Made by a program: the position numbers and the translations under genes. Below, piece by piece: positions 54,501 to 64,000 of a stretch of DNA of 64,000 bases. The notes beneath the pieces are model-generated. The model was not told where the DNA came from. It searched no databases and saw only the letters and a program-made list of their open reading frames with translations. The stretch is from Veleropilina oligotropha (taxonomy: Eukaryota). Where the stretch lies: NCBI GenBank assembly GCA_048128005.1, contig JBEUKZ010000054.1, positions 496,001 through 560,000 on the forward strand, written 5' to 3'. Numbering within the stretch: position 1 is the first letter of the stretch; the number at the start of each line of letters is the position of its first letter.

Positions 54501-57500
54501 CATATCTACTCCGCTACATGTGCGTCCATACATTGAGAGATCACATTCATATCTACTCCGCTACATGTGCATCCATACATTGGGAGATCACATTCATATC
54601 TACTCCGCTACATGTGCGTCCATACATTGGGAGATCACATTCATATCTACTCCGCTACATGTGCATCCATACATTGAGAGATCACATTCATATCTACTCC
54701 GCTACATGTGCATCCATACATTGGGAGATCACATTCATATCTACTCCGCTACATGTTCGTCCATACACTGACAGATCACATTCATATCTACTCCGCTACA
54801 TGTGCATCCATACACTGAGAGATCACATTCATATCTACTCCGCTACATGTGCATCCATACACTGAGAGATCACATTCATATCTACTCCGCTACATGTGCA
54901 TCCATACATTGTGAGATCACATTCATATCTACTCTGCTACATGTTCATCCATACATTGGGAGATCACATTCATATCTACTCCGCTACATGTGCATCCATA
55001 CATTGGGAGATCACACTCATATCTACTCTGCTACATGTTCATCCATACACTGAGAGATCACATTCATATCTACTCCGCTACATGTTCATCCATACATTGT
55101 GAGATCACATTCATATCTACTCCGCTACATGTTCATCCATACACTGAGAGATCACATTCATATCTACTCCGCTACATGTGCATCCATACATTGGGAGATC
55201 ACATTCATATCTACTCCGCTACATGTGCATCCATACATTGGGAGATCACATTCATATCTACTCCGCTACGTGTGCATCCATACATTGAGAGATCACATTC
55301 ATATCTACTCCGCTACATGTGCATCCATACATTGGGAGATCACATTCATATCTGCTCCGCTACATGTGCATCCATACATTGTGAGATCACATTCATATCT
55401 ACTCCGCTACATGTGCATCCATACATTGTGAGATCACATTCATATCTACTCCGCTACATGTGCATCCATACATTGTGAGATCACATTCATATCTGCTCCG
55501 CTACATGTGCATCCATACATTGGGAGATCACATTCATATCTACACCGCTACATGTGCATCCATACATTGGGAGATCACATTCATATCTACACCGCTACAT
55601 GTGCATCCATACATTGGGAGATCACATTCATATCTACTCCGCTACATATGCATCCATACATTGGGAGATCACATTCATATCTACACCGCTACATGTGCAT
55701 CCATACATTGGGAGATCACATTCATATCTACTCCGCTTCATGTGCATCCATACATTGAGAAATCAGTAATCAGTAGTCATGGTCATGAAGTTTTGGTAAG
55801 TAAATTTAAATTTAAATTTATCATTTCTTGTCATGTAAAACCTCGACATTTTTCTTTCAGATGAGCCGGATATCCGCAGCCCCTATTTTCTTCAGTTGAT
55901 GCAGGAGGAAGCAGCCCTTATATCGCAAGAGAGAAATAGTGATACAAACTTAACCGACAATACTCGAATAGAATCCATACAAAACAACCCAGGTGATAGC
56001 AGCTCTGCTCCAGATGGGAGCGGTGTGGCAGCAGACAATGTAGATATTCATACACGTGACATAACACACAATAAAACTGATGATACCAAGCTCAGTGACA
56101 GGAATGAGGCTCACGATTCAGGTCCAACAGACATTGAACAAAATAGTTCAGTAGAGGGCGCCACTGCAGGGGACAACAGCAAGAATGTAGGAGCAAAGGA
56201 AGGAAAAGAGTCAGGGAAAGGAGGTAAGACTTTTGTATGATCATTATCGTCCAATGAGCTGATGGTCGTTATCACAGCAACATGGATTACTCTAATCCAC
56301 CAAATATATGCCGATTCAGTCAAATATATATAGGGTGTCCCAAAAAAATATCCCCATTTTAACACTGCATATTGAACACTTAAAATATTTTGGAAATGTG
56401 ATCTAGTCATGTTTTCTTGTTCCAGAGAGGTGGAAGTTTTGTTTGATGCCATTTGGTCATATGAAAATATGATCATAATGACAATTGAGCAGAGAACAAT
56501 AATAGTTGAGTTCTGGCTCCTCTCAAAAAGTGTATCCAAGGTTTAATGCCAATTATGTATGCATTGTCACTCTCATCATCATCATGTATATCTATAGGGG
56601 GATATACATGCCTTCCAAAGCAAACTTCAGTCTGAAAATTAATTTGGTGATCAACAAAAAGCCAAAAGACTTGAAATTTGCGATGGTTCTGCAAAAGAAT
56701 TATAAGAGGAGCCATATTTCCTAAGGTAGTTGTACATGACTAATGAATGTCACGCTCATTTATCCGGAGTTGTGAACATGCAAAATTGCAGATACTGGGA
56801 AGGAAATTGACAGCCATTATAACGAGAGAACCGAAAAATATCACAAGATCTGTGTTGAAGTTACCATGTGGATAGTCATCTAGTGATCCAGCATCACCGG
56901 CCCCTATATGGTTGTGTTGATGCATTCTGTTATTGGACAACGAGGCCAAAAATTATTTTGCGTCCATTAATTTTTAAGCTATTAATGGGGACATTTTTGG
57001 GGAACACCCTGTATATGCATGTTTCGTGGAAGTGTTATTACAATACACACCGTGATGTAACAGTTATGTACTGTTGCTTTTATATCCATAAGGAAATATA
57101 ACATCGATAATTTGATTAGTTAGTATGCGCATATATGTCGCACGAACATGTTCTGTCATAGCAGAAACTTGGAAATTAAACCAATGACTCTATTGTGTCT
57201 GTATACATTTATACATGCATATATTTAGTCCTTTTACATATGGATTTGCGTAATTTGTGTTGCTCCCAAAATCATGAATATTGACTGACAGAGAAGCTTA
57301 GTGGTCTTTCTTACATAATATATTATTACAAACTAGGATGTTGAATTTTCATGATGGTAAAAGTCCAATGTTTGTGACAGAAATATTGGTTTGAATAGTA
57401 ATTGCAAGACTCCAAGATGACCTTTGAAGCAAGACCATTTATGTTCTGTAATACAACTGTAGATCCAGCGTTCAGTCCTGATGAGGTGGAGCTTTTAGCA

Positions 57501-60500
57501 GATCTTGGTAAATCCGAGGCAAACGGAGAATCTATGGAACAGATCTTCAGTCGTCTCAGCACTATGAAAGGCAAGTATTCGACAGCGTGATTGATAAATG
57601 ATGCACAGTTATGACATTCCTGTAGTAATACATGTCATGTCATGTACATGACCTCTGCATTATAAATGTACATGACCTCTGCATTATATTTCGAAACCTC
57701 TGAAAGTCATTTCAAATATCCAAACCATGATGGAGAAATAAGATTTCACCAGGTAGTTGATTTTGCATTCTTCTGTGCTGCTGGATAGGTGTTGCTGTCT
57801 TTAGAATTGTAAACTATATATACACCCGTACAGTTTTGTTTAAGATAGACCCTGCACCTTTTAGAATATCAACCCGAGATGGTCAGGGTAACCGTCGTGT
57901 GCGGGGAATTTTTTGACTCTGCACGAAATATTTATTATAAATATAACATTGAGGGCCTAATCTATATGGTCATTAGCTCAACGTGTTCACTGGATTTGTG
58001 AAGGTCACTATGCTGGTCTGTTCTAGATGACACATGCTGGTCAGACCTCCAGAGATCAGTATATCTGGTCTATAATACCATGATCTGCAATATGTCCACT
58101 GAGTCAGAGACACCAACAGGCAATAAGCTTTACTGCTGATGAGGGCTACCTAATTGAGATGGTCTGGTTCATCTGAGGGCTACCTAATTGAGATGGACTG
58201 GTTTGTCTGATGGCTACCTAATTGAGATGGACTGGTTCGTCTGAGGGCTACCTAATTGAGATGGACTGGTTCGTCTGAGGGCTACCTAATTGAGATGGAC
58301 TGGTCCGTCTCAGTGATTAATGTCCTATTATGACTTCTTAGGGTCACTCAAGGACATGTCCGTTATCGAGGTAGGTAATCCCAGCTACGCAGATGTCATA
58401 ATACGGCTATGATTGTTCTTTCAGAAAAAGCTGATAGTCTTCCGTTTGATGAAAGAAAATCTTTTGCCGAGAAGGTGAGGTTTGAATGGATAATTATATG
58501 ATTCACTGTTTCTTTGGTTAGTGTTGACTGCTTAATATGCTTTGGGTAAAATAAATTGGCTAGTATTCAGTGTATGACACTTGACAGTTGTATATAATTA
58601 TACTTTATTTGCAAATTAAAAGTGTTTGACAAAATGTGCTGATACAATATGTGGAATTTTTTTATTTTGGTCCCTCTTGCATTAAGGCAGGACTATTGTC
58701 ATGGACTTGGGTTGGTATTCAGACTGTATACCATCACGCCACGCCTTTGCTCGATGTTGAAGCCACTGTGCCAAGGTTATTTTTGTGTGTTATTTTTCTG
58801 TCACAGAAGAGGAACTGCTGGAAGAAGTCGTTCTTTGTTTACACCTTGCATGTCATCATAAGTTCAAAGATGAGTCACTTTGCCAAAGGTCAACTTAAAA
58901 GTCATTTGTTTATTTACATTTTGGCACTTGGGAGATTGCTTTCTGTCACATAGAAGAGGAACTGCTGGATCTTCAACATTAATATTAAGGTTTATAATTA
59001 TGCACTATTAATTTTGATGAACTGTTCACTGGGTCAAAGGTCAATCTTCTTTGATGAATTTACTTTCGGTCACATATTATAGAATGAACTCTTTGATCTT
59101 CAATATTAACAGGGGTCGATCTTCCCAAAAAATTGTGGTGCCCAGCAGGGATACCACAAATGCATATCTGGTACTATCCCATAATTTAAAGCATTAATTT
59201 TATTTTATTTGAACCTAAAAATCTATACAAGTTATATAGTAAAACTTTTACTTAATTTGCAACCCTCCAAGTTACCATTCGATTTTCCTGTCATTGTCCA
59301 CGAGGTCCGGACAATAAGCATCTGTCATTAAATTATTTATATTAATATTCATTGAATTTTTTCTTTAAATATATTGTATGTGATTAATTATTATCCAATG
59401 GCAAAGGAAATTTTTAGTCAACATATAATAATTTTTATGATCACATTTGGACATAGTCATTTTCACAACATTTAGCCATCGGCAACAATCTAGTATTATA
59501 TATTATCTTGAAAAAAGTAATAATAATATTCAATTTATCAATAATACAAATTAAATATTTTAACTTTTATATGTTATTTAATAAAGTGATCATTTTATTA
59601 ATAGCCTGATTTCTGTGATCAGTAATCATGATGTACCCTCCACTTTATCTTGAAATTGTTCCATTAATAATAATTATTGTTCCAAAGCATCCCAGCCTGT
59701 ACTATATCAATTACACTTTATATTTTCCCAGCTGTAGCCTACATGTCGTGGTCCAGCTGACAGCTCAGATAACAATAAAGCAGTGGCCGTATCATTTAGT
59801 AAGACAGCATATGATTGGCCCAGCATAACTCCATTGACTAATGAAAACACGCGATAGCTAGGCATCTACAATATGAGCAAAATATGGCCGCTACAATGCG
59901 ATGTAAAACACAAGTAGAGACTTTCACTTTGTGGAGTCTGCCGTGTCGGATAACTATTTGTTTTGGAATAAACGAAACCAAATAAACTCGTGGAACATTG
60001 ATTTAATAACCTACTGGGACCACTGACAAGTGACAGGAGCTGATATCAAGGCACTAATTGTTGGTCGCCAAAGGTAAATACGGGAAGCAATTAGCCTGTT
60101 CACACCTGGGTACGTTTTCACAAGCCAGTAATAAAATAATTAAGTTTTTTGTTTTGTTGATAGGCGATTAGAAATTGGAAGTTAATTAGGGTGTTGTTTC
60201 AAATGGACAATGGGTGAATGGACTTTGCAAGTTAATTTGGTCTTTTGAATATCTGGTTCCCACATGTATTACTGACAAGAGGATAGTGGTAATCCGTTTA
60301 CATATCTGGTAACCTCGGGCTACCGGATTACCGTGGTCGACCCCTGGTTAATACTATGTAATATGCACCCTGCATGTGTTCCATAATGTCTGAGCCAAGA
60401 TAATTCGAGGCCACTGGGTCTTACTCAGAGTCATAAGCACTCTTTTTAAAAATTAACTTTCTGACAACATCAGTAATATGTCATCAGTTTGGAGAGGAAA

Positions 60501-60695
60501 GAGTGAAGAAAGTGGAAGATTTGTTATTGAAATAACAATTATTTTATCCTCTGTATGCATTTCTAAAAACAATAGGCAGGCATGTAAGACGATCATATCT
60601 CTAGTCTCTCTATTCTCCAACAGGTGGCGCTGTCGTTCTGGCAATCTATTGGTGGTATCGAGGATGAAGTGGAGGGACTTTCCGACAGCGATTGA
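14005..60695 (+). CDS. AAGAB: alpha- and gamma-adaptin binding protein p34 (AAGAB), complete, 9 exons: 14005-14068, 27908-28098, 34101-34200, 34500-34592, 35722-35802, 55861-56223, 57463-57570, 58425-58474, 60624-60695 (1122 nt, 373 aa)
   Basis: spliced frame is uninterrupted; motifs [87 protein letters not shown] match recalled human AAGAB. Confidence 0.95.
14252..16576. mobile_element. non-autonomous TIR DNA transposon with subterminal GGGGCGAA repeats and an 8-bp degenerate TSD
   Basis: 32-bp perfect inverted repeat CCAGCGGTTTCGCCCCCTGCCTGTTCGCCCCC near both ends; flanks TTAGCAAC / TTAACAAC. Confidence 0.8.
14410..15650 (+). mobile_element. 5'-truncated CR1/L2-group LINE (C-terminus of ORF2, 14473-15198, plus 3' UTR) nested in the TIR element
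   Basis: WFDENGMKANPDKFQ, LLGINID..LKFDEHI, YCPLVW, KVQERALRFI, SFRY..SQVWNCLP are typical post-RT motifs; the RT core is missing; 3' boundary approximate. Confidence 0.85.
18648..19010. repeat. ~360-bp segment bounded by 23-bp inverted repeats (MITE/HINE-like)
   Basis: GAGCTCGCACTGCGTGCTCGCTA ... TAGCGAGCACGCAGTGCCAGCTC. Confidence 0.55.
19457..19719 (+). mobile_element. tRNA-derived SINE, same family as 4298-4555
   Basis: box B GGGTTCAAACC; colinear with the 4298 copy; TSD-like TCTTCTAGAGGT at 19441 and 19720. Confidence 0.85.
19720..20400 (+). repeat. 57-58 bp tandem array made from the AAGAB exon 2 acceptor region (~12 copies)
   Basis: unit TCTCTTCTAG|AGGTCCTTGGGGTGTCTGAGTTGCCCGCCTCTGATAATG matches the real junction at 27896-27948. 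Confidence 0.92.
21470..23716 (+). CDS. DIRS1 ORF1 gag-like protein (748 aa)
   Basis: N-terminal Cys/His cluster; C-terminal NALLLRRDACL...PLSAPTLFG block typical of DIRS gag; basic tail. Confidence 0.88.
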   Translation: MVRCSEPECNQKIHSFDKHSVCRIHRSCAKRYPCAKCLLLTDRQWALIYPPGTTATRESVSVGLPPEKQTTGKSGLISDSSVSGTRSDQRTGASQVAGPADETATVLGKTVETSPASQVQDQVSGARVQSPRTTGLVAASNSAMPASMVHRTLQRTAEQGRRSPSSLPASEEQGTASPSVTSGMPSGILLTAEQVGIVAGHHQGGLRSGPPTTPDSLADGATDPPQGSSLHLGAPSLVGGPADSPDPFGLRLVGADGPAAFGMGMYAGASPVYPLNRAATPTGLWPQSFGSRAPVNTPFGPFSGSIRSSGDVRPWFSYQSGPAARLPCATMSSSDPLAVGSTPVLPVGLSMESVHAMIAAEFEARSRAWLPAVQPPQVSAPLLVAQSTAPASVMEVDPRSDEDVPSDRSDLLESVGPDDSRSQSGLQEPISATRRRYDAVASLRGVLDLPDPARPVGMIKHRTAAHRFAESEAPQLPVLPQSGLVDLVLDQTTRAIQGGKTVETSSLTEFPRGLRRGRYLRPSTRSLPIALSEPCLVAEPAQIDVAMRRLSASQAPSVAKVPWAAMDAFESCARRALRLSSVQDSFLDGAIAVLQEDGPGARETALSFLHEVAAATENNALESARVLGNALLLRRDACLEGTSLDDATRRSLRCVPLSAPTLFGGEFTEFVDKRAVELKDRAIERAVLTTPRGTQPAPSRKRSAPTRGAKASKRARPSRGGPPARKSSEKKGPPTKSRQSGRGKPSRP
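23610..25782 (+). pseudogene. DIRS1 RT-RNase H-adenine methyltransferase ORF, disrupted by a frameshift at ~24140 and TGA at 25300-25302
   Basis: FLVPKPDGRWRPILDL | WAASIDLTDAY, LPFGLSSAP, YLDDW, YTDASNEGWG, HINYLELEAV, TDNTT, ADSLSR, VDLFAT, YAFPP. Confidence 0.9.
24140..26696 (+). CDS. DIRS1 tyrosine recombinase ORF (catalytic domain ~25600-26696; N-terminal extension overlaps the RT ORF in another frame)
   Basis: ASGKRVSEI (R), IAKNQ (K), CPVRAL, RAHETR (HxxR), AGYW...FVKHY (Y). Confidence 0.92.
27504..27592 (+). other. DIRS1 internal complementary region (ICR)
   Basis: reverse complement of the left terminus joined to the reverse complement of the right terminus (...GCTACTAATA|AGAGGTTTTT...). 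Confidence 0.95.
27908..28098 (+). CDS. AAGAB: AAGAB exon 2
   Basis: cttctag acceptor, CAG|gtagtg donor; [14 protein letters not shown]...FDSNQ. Confidence 0.95.
28346..29830 (+). mobile_element. Helentron-like HINE remnant with a ~370-bp internal duplication
   Basis: head TTTTAGCTCGCCTGTT...GAGCTATTGTC resembles the element at 38866; 28460-29460 (minus the MITE) is duplicated at 29460-29820. Confidence 0.55.
28642..29270. mobile_element. MITE, probably PIF/Harbinger-like
   Basis: TIR CCTCTCTCACACAGTGAAGAATAT; TTA at both flanks; empty site visible in the duplicate at ~29620. Confidence 0.75.
30370..30411 (-). ncRNA. minimal type I hammerhead ribozyme motif (Penelope-like-element type)
   Basis: CCCU-CUGAUGA-A-GACCCA(CAUA)UGGGUU-GAAAC-CG-GUC-AGGG: full core, stem I CCCU/AGGG, palindromic short stem III. 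Confidence 0.75.
30495..31128. repeat. ~15-bp tandem repeat (AAATAGCCGGTCRA)n
   Basis: periodicity seen directly. Confidence 0.95.
33730..34100 (+). repeat. degenerate tandem copies of the AAGAB exon 3 acceptor region
   Basis: about 6 variants of TTTGATGTCTTTTGTCTCTTCTAG|GCCTCCAGTT precede the true acceptor. Confidence 0.8.
34101..34200 (+). CDS. AAGAB: AAGAB exon 3 (ASSFDRVKSWLPYL...LLVCD)
   Basis: cttctag acceptor, gtgcgt donor. Confidence 0.92.
34500..34592 (+). CDS. AAGAB: AAGAB exon 4 ([24 protein letters not shown])
   Basis: ttatag acceptor, AAG|gtacgc donor. Confidence 0.92.
34580..35300 (+). repeat. 37-bp tandem array made from the AAGAB exon 4 donor region (~20 copies)
   Basis: unit ACAGCGAGGAAG|GTACGCGAGATTCATGTTAGATAAA; the first copy is the exon end. 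Confidence 0.93.
35722..35802 (+). CDS. AAGAB: AAGAB exon 5 ([26 protein letters not shown])
   Basis: ctttag acceptor, AAG|gtatga donor. Confidence 0.95.
35962..40384 (+). mobile_element. second, decayed and internally deleted DIRS1-type element
   Basis: ~100-bp inverted repeats (35980-36074 and 40248-40342); ICR at ~40010-40097 complementary to both termini; coding remnants only faintly visible (LFAS, FP at ~38030-38115). Confidence 0.8.
38866..38993 (+). mobile_element. short Helentron-like HINE nested in the old DIRS
   Basis: TTTTAGCTCGAC...GTCGAGC subterminal IR, 3' stem-loop CTGTC..GACAG, ends CTTGTT. Confidence 0.65.
40445..40622 (+). mobile_element. short Helentron-like HINE
   Basis: subterminal IR TGTCTCGCCC / GGGCGAGACA, CGTC-type repeats, ends CTTGTT in a T-rich site. 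Confidence 0.6.
41086..41219. repeat. 30-bp tandem repeat, ~4.5 copies
   Basis: CGTCGTCATGGACAACCAGCCATCATCGGC. Confidence 0.9.
41294..55790. repeat. 47-bp satellite array, ~14.5 kb (~305 units), in AAGAB intron 5
   Basis: unit GAGATCACATTCATATCTACTCCGCTACATGTGCATCCATACATTG[A/G/T]; no spacers. Confidence 0.98.
55861..56223 (+). CDS. AAGAB: AAGAB exon 6 (long polar low-complexity linker)
   Basis: ttctttcag acceptor, GAG|gtaaga donor, 363 nt open in phase 1-1. Confidence 0.8.
56331..57011. mobile_element. Tc1/mariner-like MITE
   Basis: imperfect TIRs (C/T)AGGGTGT(C/T)CC..AAAAAT(A/G)TCCCCATT, flanked by TA. Confidence 0.8.
57463..57570 (+). CDS. AAGAB: AAGAB exon 7 (ESMEQIFSRLSTMK), followed by a GC donor
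   Basis: ctgtag acceptor, AAG|gcaagt donor; similar to human ENFERLFSKLKEMK. Confidence 0.85.
58139..58310. repeat. 34-bp tandem repeat, 5 copies
   Basis: CTGAGGGCTACCTAATTGAGATGGACTGGTTCGT. Confidence 0.9.
58425..58474 (+). CDS. AAGAB: AAGAB exon 8 ([16 protein letters not shown])
   Basis: ctttcag acceptor, AAG|gtgagg donor. Confidence 0.92.
60624..60695 (+). CDS. AAGAB: AAGAB exon 9, terminal ([23 protein letters not shown])
   Basis: ccaacag acceptor, TGA at 60693-60695; similar to human [22 protein letters not shown]. Confidence 0.93.
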   Translation: [23 protein letters not shown]

Positions 60696-61317
60696 TTCAT
60701 GGGCGGCTAACAGGAAATGTCACGTGCAATATTTTGAATCAAACAAATGTTGTCCTGCAGGCTCCATGTTACTTCATGATGATAAGCAATAACTTGCTTT
60801 TAATATCAGGGATGGAAATATTATGCACTGAAATACTATAACAGGACTAGAGATAAAAAAATTTACTCAGGGTTTACGGTATACCATGTGTTCGAAGTTA
60901 GCGTGTATTCCTGTACTAATTTAAACTAGAAATTTACCTCCCATTGCTGCTGTTTGGATATTTATTCAAACTTTGTAGTTCTTTACTATATATGTTGATT
61001 TTAAATTTTAAAGGCAAGATAATTATTGGATGATGAAGTCGATAAAGAATACGATTTACGTCTAGATTTGAAAAAGTCTTCTTGCAGGCGTAAATATGCC
61101 TGTACACCCTTTATCTGGAGCCCTGTAAAAAGATCCATTTATTATGTATTAATGTTACTATTTCATAAAATGCATGTTGTCTATCAAGAGAATAATTTTA
61201 AATTTAGTTGAGTGTTACCATTAATGATCAATGTAACAAGATTGAATTAACACAAGTCGATTCCCAGTTAGTTTTCACATTCCACATCCACTGCCCATTT
61301 AATGACATCATAGCAAC

Positions 61318-61572
61318 ATCGGCGGGTGATTGGTTAGCGGGTCAGACTCTCAACCTGTTAGTTGGTCCCGGGTTCGAGACCAGCAGAAGTTGGTCCCGGG
61401 TTCGAGACCAGCAGAAGTTGGTCCCGGGTTCGAGACCAGCAGAGGTTCGTTGTACCGCTTAAAATAATAGAAGGCATATCCCTAATGTATGTCGGTCAGA
61501 TCAGAGCGAGACATACCGGGTGTCCAGACTACGATACACCTGAAAATTTGCTAAAAGTGATCGTAAAAACAT
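61318..61572 (+). mobile_element. tRNA-derived SINE (second family) with a triplicated B-box segment
   Basis: tRNA-like head TGATTGGTTAGCG...GGGTTCGAGACC; 28-bp segment present 3 times; A-rich end. Confidence 0.6.
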
Positions 61573-63473
61573 TGTTGCCGACATCCATTTCATCACTCAA
61601 AACGATATTCACAAGATCAAGCCGAGTTAGAAGCTGCCAACAAGAAGCCGAGTTAGAAGCTGCCAACAAGTTTTTAGCCCTAATCGGATCAATCACCCGT
61701 TGAATGGTGACATGAGTTGATGCTGTGTGCAATGGCGACGATGTGCATGGGGGGGAAAAAGCAACGTCTCTTTCATATTAAACTTGCCCGAGCACATCAT
61801 GTATTCTTGTATTTTATTGTGACAATATAAATGTGTAAATATAGAATTTGTAATTATTTCTTTTTGTACGGAAATGAGATGTATATAAAATTGCTCAAAC
61901 GGTAAAATCATTGGTTGTGGCTTTTCTTTCACATCAATTAACATGCGTAGATTTGGCTTTGGACTGCTTGAACTAAATAGATTGCTAAATGATGTCACAT
62001 TACGATCACGACATCACACAAGAACCGTAACGGCAAGCTGATTTCAGCATCTATATAGACTTATCCATAACTCTTTCAAAAGCCGTACGGTCAACGATCT
62101 AACAGAATTGGAATTCTCGGTGAGCCCCTCTTTATTCAGTTCAGTCACAGCTGTCATTATAACTGGACGGTGAGTGCGGGGTTTCACTGGCTAACCTCTC
62201 GTCATACGATGGATATGGACCCGAGACATGTTAAAAACAAGAGATTAATATAGCAACGATCCAAACCATATGTACTGTAAATAAATTAAAAATTTCACAT
62301 ACAGAACATTTATTATTATCCCTGAGTAAACAACCATTGCGAAGCCAGAACCATACAAAGGCAGGAGCACAAGGTCAAACATCAACAACAAACAGGTTAC
62401 AAGTTGACATGGACAAAAAATACAAGTTTCCTTCATTTATAATCTTAGAGCCTGTAAATTATACACAAGCCATGATGATGTATCGTTCTGATACAGCACG
62501 ATACTACTAAATAAGGTCATGTGACCAGAGTTAGTACCGAATAAACTGCATCTAGAATATCGACGTAACGTCTTATATTTGGTGCATAAAATGAGATCAT
62601 AAAAGATGTGTAAAAAAACCATGACATTACAAAAACAATATAACAATTTAATATAGAAATGGCACATTTGAAGTAAAAAGGAAATTTGGCAACTATATTT
62701 CACTGAATGGAATTTCAATTATATTTTATGGATGCACATATGTTATGCGAGATGAAGAGACCGATGATGATATCCTCATTTACACCATGAGTATGGCACG
62801 TTGATATCTCCTGATTTTCAGTATCATGGGTTAACATTATGCATTCCAACAAGCTCTCTTTATAGAGGTGAATGCAGCATTATCATCACAGGAAATACAC
62901 TCGTGACTGCATACATGGCTATATTAGTTACAACAAGCAGAAATAAATAAATATCTAAATGATATTATTAATGCAATATATCATGCTAAACAAACAATAC
63001 ATAAAATATGTTTGGAAGAATGTGTTAAGGATTGATTATAAGCATCAGAACATTGCCTCTGAATATGGGTCAGGCATCATACAGTTCGGCCTTTGATCTA
63101 GCCAAGCAATAAAAGTTCAGATGCTAGTCATTAAATCGAGCCTAGATATTTGTGTATATATTATTGACATATGATACATACTGACATTATATGATTACAT
63201 GCTGTAATTGCTTGCTCAGAAACTGTTAATATCCATGATTAGAAATTTGAATTGTAAAACTTGATACGTACAACACAATTTACCTGGCTATAACAGAGTT
63301 GAAAATAAATCTAGAATTGTTATGTAATGCCTGACAAATAACTATCCGTAATAATTATGAGTACAGATAGATGACAAGAAAACTTATCAAGCCACACAAA
63401 CATGAAAAAAGCACTTTACTGCCTTGCTCAATTTAAAATAGTATATTGCAAGTTCTATTGCCGGAGGGTTCCA

Positions 63474-63829
63474 TCAATCAGAGTCCAAGCTGAATAATAT
63501 CTCATCCTCGGTTTGCTGATCATGCGTAAACTGTCCTATGGAGCTTCCATGTGGTTGAGTATTCTCGTTACTGGCTTCAGAAGGCGTGTTCATTTCAGCG
63601 TTGTTCTGCGACGAAGTCACGTGGTTGTAACTGACGGGTAAATCGCCGGCATCGACCACCGGAGGAGTATGTTCGTTAATAGACAGAGAGTGTTGAGCAG
63701 GAGGCGTACAGACTTTTTTGGAAGGCGAAGGTCCGACTTCTGTACTTTGGGCATCGCGAACGATGGTCGAGGTGGCAGCTGGACCGTGTGAGGGGGTGAG
63801 ATTGTTTGAGAATCTCGATCCGGGAGTAC
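63474..63829 (-). CDS. probable terminal coding exon of an unidentified gene convergent with AAGAB
   Basis: atttcag acceptor, ~118 open codons richer in GC than the flanks, ends TEDEILFSLDSD*; followed by an AT-rich UTR-like region. Confidence 0.6.
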
Positions 63830-63943
63830 CTGAAATATGAATATTTAATGTAATTGGATTCCCAGACAACAGAGATTCCTGGTGTGTGATCTACAGTTAA
63901 CAATTGTAATCCAATCTATAACGAGCTTCCCTCGGCTGATCAC

Positions 63944-64000
63944 ATGGACACGCCCTGATATGAACATGAAGGTTGGACACGCCCTGATATGAACATGAAG
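63944..64000. repeat. start of a 29-bp tandem repeat running off the window
   Basis: TGGACACGCCCTGATATGAACATGAAGGT, 2 copies. Confidence 0.75.

Noticed and set aside
41294..55790. CRISPR-like array, or the many His-rich ORFs (MHPYIERSHSYLL...)
   Set aside because: Units are contiguous 47-mers with no unique spacers and no cas genes, in a eukaryotic intron; the ORFs are repeat translations in all three frames
58136..58200. CTGATGAG as a hammerhead core
   Set aside because: No downstream GAAA or stem II; it is the edge of a 34-bp repeat

Overview
Eukaryotic (AT-rich invertebrate metazoan, probably lophotrochozoan; the taxon is inferred) genomic DNA, so most entries in the ORF track are artefacts of tandem repeats. 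Two spliced genes are arranged head-to-head with 180 bp between their ATGs. IQCH is on the minus strand (first 9 coding exons, 13824 down to ~3283, continuing off the left edge). AAGAB/p34 is complete on the plus strand (9 exons, 14005-60695, 373 aa, one GC-AG intron). The same divergent pair exists in human. A probable terminal exon of an unidentified convergent gene lies at 63474-63829. The introns contain a very young full-length DIRS1-type tyrosine-recombinase retrotransposon (20401-27895) inserted 12 nt before the AAGAB exon 2 acceptor, and a second decayed DIRS1 (35962-40384). They also hold a LINE fragment nested in a TIR element, MITEs, tRNA-derived SINEs, Helentron-like HINEs, a Penelope-type minimal hammerhead ribozyme and a 14.5-kb 47-bp satellite with nested duplications. 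Three tandem arrays are built from AAGAB's own splice junctions. All protein identifications come from recalled sequence similarity, not from a database search.
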